Positions 62,554 through 64,000 of a DNA stretch of 64,000 nucleotides are shown one piece after another (position 1 is the first letter of the stretch; each line of letters opens with the position of its first letter). Both the position numbers and the translations under genes were made by a program. Source of the stretch: an uncultured delta proteobacterium (GTDB lineage: Bacteria > Desulfobacterota > Binatia > HRBIN30 > BPIQ01); NCBI GenBank assembly GCA_963761335.1, contig CAVXGR010000018.1, positions 800,001-864,000 of the forward strand. The letters are read 5' to 3'. The notes beneath the pieces were generated by a model. It was given only the letters and a program-made list of their open reading frames with translations, made no database searches and was not told the DNA's origin.

Positions 62554-63801
62554 ATGGATCGAGGTGATCGCCGCGTGGTCGTCACCGGCATTGGCCTCGT
62601 GACCCCGCTCGGTATCGGCATTGAGAGGAACTGGGAAGGTCTGATGTCGGGCCGCTCGGGGATCGGCCCAATCACGCGTTTCGACGCAGCGAAGTTTCCG
62701 TCGCGTATCGCGGGAGAGGTGCGCGATTTCGACCCACAAACGTACATCGAGAAGCGGGAGATCAAGAAGATGGACCGCTTCGTCCAGATGTCCATGGCGG
62801 CGGCACAGATGGCTCTCGAAGACTCTCATCTGCGCATCGATCTGCCCGCCGCCCACCGCGTGGGCGTGGTTCTCGGCATCGGCATGGGCGGCATCGCCAC
62901 CATCGAGGAGCAGCTGTCGAACTTCATGCAGTTCGGATTGAAACGCATGTCTCCCTTCTTCATCCCGCGGCTGATCGCCAACATGGCGCCGGGGCAGATC
63001 GCCATCCACGTCGGCGCCAAGGGGACGAACTATGCGATCGTCAGCGCCTGCGCCTCTTCGGCGCACGCCATCGGCGAGTCTTTCCGGCTGATTCGCCATG
63101 GTTACCAGGACGCGATGATCACCGGTGGAGCCGAAGCCTGCATCACTCCGACCGGAGTTGGCGGCTTTGCCGTCATGCGCGCCCTCTCGACCCGCAACCA
63201 GGACCCCGAGCGCGCCAGTCGACCCTTCGATTTGAGTCGCGACGGGTTTGTCATCGCTGAGGGGGCCGCGATCCTCGTCCTCGAGGAGGCGTCTGCGGCG
63301 GATCGGCGCGGTGCGCCGATCTATGCCGAAGTGATTGGCTACGGCGCCACCGGCGATGCCTACCACATCACCTCGCCACCCACCGATGGCGACGGCGCAA
63401 TGCGCTGCATGCAGGAGACAATGGCAGATGCCGGAATCCGTCCGGCGGACGTCGATTACATCAATGCCCACGGCACCTCGACGCCGCACAACGACTCCGC
63501 CGAGACCACGGCGATCAAGGGTGCCTTCGGAGAGCACGCCTACCGCCTCGCCGTCAGCTCCACGAAGTCGCAGACGGGCCACATGCTCGGGGGCGCCGGT
63601 GGCGCCGAGGCGGCATTCACCGCTCTGGCGATCAAGAGGGAGATGATTCCGGCAACCATGAACTACGAGGTTGCGGATCCTTCCTGCGATCTCGACTACG
63701 TTCCCAACCACCCGCGCAGCGCGTCGTTGCGAATTGCCCTCTCCAACTCGTTCGGCTTCGGCGGAACCAACGCCTGTGTCGCCCTGCGCCGCTGGGAATA
63801 G
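62554..63801 (+). CDS. fabF: Beta-ketoacyl-ACP synthase II
   Basis: RRVVVTGIG, SACASSAHAIG, DYINAHGTST, KSQTGHMLG, SNSFGFGGTN. Confidence 0.95.
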   Translation: MDRGDRRVVVTGIGLVTPLGIGIERNWEGLMSGRSGIGPITRFDAAKFPSRIAGEVRDFDPQTYIEKREIKKMDRFVQMSMAAAQMALEDSHLRIDLPAAHRVGVVLGIGMGGIATIEEQLSNFMQFGLKRMSPFFIPRLIANMAPGQIAIHVGAKGTNYAIVSACASSAHAIGESFRLIRHGYQDAMITGGAEACITPTGVGGFAVMRALSTRNQDPERASRPFDLSRDGFVIAEGAAILVLEEASAADRRGAPIYAEVIGYGATGDAYHITSPPTDGDGAMRCMQETMADAGIRPADVDYINAHGTSTPHNDSAETTAIKGAFGEHAYRLAVSSTKSQTGHMLGGAGGAEAAFTALAIKREMIPATMNYEVADPSCDLDYVPNHPRSASLRIALSNSFGFGGTNACVALRRWE

Positions 63802-63804
63802 TCT

Positions 63805-64000
63805 GTGGGCGCTGCAGAGCTCTTCGAGCGCCGCCTGCTGGTCGTCGTCGGCAAGGGCGGCGTCGGCAAGACCACGGTCGCTTCCGCGCTGGCGCTGGAA
63901 TCAGCCCACCGCGGCTTCCGGACGCTGCTCATCGAGGTGGACGGTGTTGGCCGCGCCGCTCAGCTCTTCGGGGTCGCCAAGCGGGATCCCGGGGAGGTGC
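63805..64000 (+). CDS. ArsA/GET3-family ATPase, partial
   Basis: My own translation from GTG 63805: ...LFERRLLVVVGKGGVGKTTVASALALESAHRGFRTLLIEVD; runs off the window. Confidence 0.75.
   Translation, partial: MGAAELFERRLLVVVGKGGVGKTTVASALALESAHRGFRTLLIEVDGVGRAAQLFGVAKRDPGEV

Noticed and set aside
286..63711. Many long antisense and alternate-frame ORFs (e.g. 16062-18659, 28939-31281, 47026-49218, 60471-62795)
   Set aside because: Arg/Gly/Ala-rich shadows of high-GC genes that have clear family motifs on the other strand or frame.
1..64000. tRNA, rRNA or known riboswitch
   Set aside because: No recognisable signatures by eye in intergenic regions; a covariance-model search was not possible.

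Overview
GC-rich window (roughly two-thirds G+C by eye) from a diderm bacterium. Myxococcus-type Cys-rich repeats, MYXO-CTERM-like tails, sigma54 promoters and lipoboxes point to a deltaproteobacterium-like lineage such as Ca. Binatota/Myxococcota; this is inference only. Five blocks are visible. (1) 0.5-19 kb: secreted/lipoprotein surface genes, including two tandem lipoprotein 'scaffoldins' with 3 and 4 cohesin-like domains, a dockerin-like protein, and domain-shuffled Cys-rich proteins sharing a near-identical 1278-bp C-terminal module. (2) 19-40 kb: a glycan biosynthesis region (2 GT-C-like, 1 GT2, 3 GT4, Wzx, 6 methyltransferases, AsnB); the 22-39.7 kb part is bracketed by diverged direct repeats of a PKD-lipoprotein gene. 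(3) VKOR-DsbA fusion, a dnaA without dnaN, and two FG-GAP surface proteins. (4) Acyl-CoA metabolism genes and a sigma54-controlled small protein plus orphan histidine kinase. (5) 55.8-62.5 kb: a second surface cluster (stand-alone scaffoldin anchor domain, FG-GAP-dockerin, cohesin-dockerin adaptor, membrane-anchored cohesin, S8 protease), then fabF and a partial ArsA-type ATPase. The best novel candidate is a non-cellulosomal, disulfide-rich, multi-tier cohesin-dockerin surface display system with no glycoside hydrolases. All domain calls are by eye from motifs; no HMM or database search was run.
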